Of a stretch of 64,000 nucleotides of DNA, positions 60,399 through 64,000 are shown piece after piece. The first letter of the stretch is position 1. Every line of letters begins with the position of its first letter. The notes under the pieces were generated by a model that had not been told where the DNA came from, did not search any database, and saw only the letters and a program-made list of their open reading frames with translations. The translations under genes were made by a program, and so were the position numbers. Origin of the DNA: the human T2T-CHM13v2.0 reference genome, Homo sapiens; NCBI RefSeq assembly GCF_009914755.1, contig NC_060948.1; one strand, written 5' to 3'.

Positions 60399-62503
60399 AG
60401 ATCCATATTTTTTAAATGAAAAAAAATTTCAAAGGTACTCTGCTTGGTACAATAATCAAATGTATAAACTGAGGAATAAAACATAACCATGAAACCTACT
60501 TATAACTGCATATGGAAAATACAGAGGATAATTTTTTAAATAACATATTTTGAAAGCCTTAACTAGTAATTTGAAGAGTTGGCATTTGAAAGGCCAGTAT
60601 GAATATACCTTCAAAGCAGCAACACAGGTTCCCCATGAGAAAAAGCAAACACAGGGAAAATAAAAACACAAAGGTTCAATCTCTTCTGACCTTTGAAAGA
60701 CACAGCACAGACAGTGGTCCTTAGGACGAAGAGCAGGAGACCCCTAATTCCGTCACCATGGCGATAGGGCATAAACATTGCTGGGTGAGGGTACAATCCA
60801 CATTGTGAGGTCCAACTGCTGCCAGGAAGACAGGAATGCTTTTACATAGACCGAAAGGTCATTGAAGGCTCAGAGTTTTGTTTCAAGAACTGAATCCCAA
60901 GCCCACACGTTATTAGGCTGCGCTTCTTAAAACAAGTTATGAGATGGGAAAAAGGGCACCCACAAACATACGTATACATTATGTATATAATAATATACAG
61001 TATCATATATATAATATATATAACCTATGTATAATATTGTTTTACATCCTGCATCTTATGTTATATATATTGTAGAAAATATAATAATTGATAATATATA
61101 AGTTTTATAATTATACAATATGACATATAGTATATATTATAATTTATGACATATATAATATATGTTATATATCATATATAGAATATATTATACGGTTAAT
61201 ATACGTATTAAATATAAATTATACATTATATATATTATATATAATATATCTGTTATATATAATACCCATTATGCATAATATATATATTATGTCTATGTTA
61301 TATATAGTATAAAACAACATATAATAATATATAATTGTATATATAAAATGCGACGTATAATATATATTATATTTTATAACATATGTAATATATATTATAT
61401 ATTATATATAATACGTTGTATGTATAATACCTATATTAAATATATATTATATGACTATGTTATTAATTACATGTCACATGTGTTATATATTATATATTTT
61501 ACATAGAATATACCGGTTACATACAATATATACTATGTTACCTATAATGTATAATTTATTACATGTAAAATAAATAATGCAATATATTATGTATAATTTA
61601 TAATATACCATATGTGGAATGTGATATATATAACATATAATATATGATATATGATATACAGTATATGATATATAACATACAATATATGATTCCTAATATA
61701 TATGGTATACAATATATATTTTATGATAAGTATTCTATATGTTTTATATTCTGTTATATATAACTATTTGAAATTATATATAACTGTATAATATTTTATG
61801 TAAATATGTAATATAATATATACAACTATATAATATATTATATATAACTATATATTATGTTATATATACTTTTATAACATAATTTACATAAAATATCATA
61901 ATATAATATATATTATATTATTTCATATTACATAATATATATTACATATCACCCAGTATAACTAACATACATAATATTATAATATAGATTATATTCTGTT
62001 ATATTAAATATCATATATATCATGTATCATATATTCTATAATATATATTACACATTATATAATATGTATGTTGTCTATTATGTGATATATATAACTATAT
62101 ATATAATTATATTTTTATACATATAACTAGATAAACATGTAATTCTACATATTTTCATTTATAATATGTAGAATTATATAATCATATATAATTATTTATA
62201 TTCTATAAAAAATTTTATCATTATATAAATTATAATATATAAAAATTATAATATGTACTACAAATATATATATTATATATCATATATGATATAGTACCTT
62301 TGTTATATATCATATTACATATAAATGTGTATTATGTTATCTATAATTATATAATTTCATATATAAGATGTATAATATGTATCATATATTATATATGTTA
62401 TGTAATATATATAGTATATATAAGATGACACAGGATAAATATTATATACTATGACATATAAAATATATGAGGTTATATGTTACATATAAGGCATAGCACA
62501 TAA

Positions 62504-62818
<315 letters not shown>

Positions 62819-64000
62819 AGATCCATATTTTTTAAATGAAAAAAAATTTCAAAGGTACTCTGCTTGGTACAATAATCAAATGTATAAACTGAGGAATAAA
62901 ACATAACCATGAAACCTACTTATAACTGCATATGGAAAATACAGAGGATAATTTTTTAAATAACATATTTTGAAAGCCTTAACTAGTAATTTGAAGAGTT
63001 GGCATTTGAAAGGCCAGTATGAATATACCTTCAAAGCAGCAACACAGGTTCCCCATGAGAAAAAGCAAACACAGGGAAAATAAAAACACAAAGGTTCAAT
63101 CTCTTCTGACCTTTGAAAGACACAGCACAGACAGTGGTCCTTAGGACGAAGAGCAGGAGACCCCTAATTCCGTCACCATGGCGATAGGGCATAAACATTG
63201 CTGGGTGAGGGTACAATCCACATTGTGAGGTCCAACTGCTGCCAGGAAGACAGGAATGCTTTTACATAGACCGAAAGGTCATTGAAGGCTCAGAGTTTTG
63301 TTTCAAGAACTGAATCCCAAGCCCACACGTTATTAGGCTGCGCTTCTTAAAACAAGTTATGAGATGGGAAAAAGGGCACCCACAAACATACGTATACATT
63401 ATGTATATAATAATATACAGTATCATATATATAATATATATAACCTATGTATAATATTGTTTTACATCCTGCATCTTATGTTATATATATTGTAGAAAAT
63501 ATAATAATTGATAATATATAAGTTTTATAATTATACAATATGACATATAGTATATATTATAATTTATGACATATATAATATATGTTATATATCATATATA
63601 GAATATATTATACGGTTAATATACGTATTAAATATAAATTATACATTATATATATTATATATAATATATCTGTTATATATAATACCCATTATGCATAATA
63701 TATATATTATGTCTATGTTATATATAGTATAAAACAACATATAATAATATATAATTGTATATATAAAATGCGACGTATAATATATATTATATTTTATAAC
63801 ATATGTAATATATATTATATATAATACGTTGTATGTATAATACCTATATTAAATATATATTATATGACTATGTTATTAATTACATGTCACATGTGTTATA
63901 TATTATATATTTTACATAGAATATACCGGTTACATACAATATATACTATGTTACCTATAATGTATAATTTATTACATGTAAAATAAAGACTGCAATATAT

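Overview
This window is entirely human/hominid satellite heterochromatin and contains no credible gene. It matches the Yq12 junction between a DYZ1 array and a DYZ2 array. Bases 1-27658 are DYZ1 (HSat3): degenerate GGAAT pentamers forming ~3.55-3.58 kb units with one HaeIII and one EcoRI site each, about 7.7 units. Bases 27659-64000 are DYZ2 (HSat1B): ~2.41-2.42 kb units made of an AT-rich block, a diverged minus-strand Alu fragment and a ~570 bp HSATI-type core, with 15 cores present. The first DYZ2 unit lacks ~765 bp and carries a young, 5'-truncated AluY(c1-like) insertion with a 12-bp TSD, which forms a closely spaced inverted Alu pair. All ORFs in the track are artefacts of the repeats. 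The most interesting signals are three perfect heat-shock elements per DYZ1 unit, the Alu insertion and junction architecture, and base-level traces of array turnover (tandem duplications with mappable breakpoints, micro-conversion, mutation clusters). All comparisons were made by eye, not by computed alignment.
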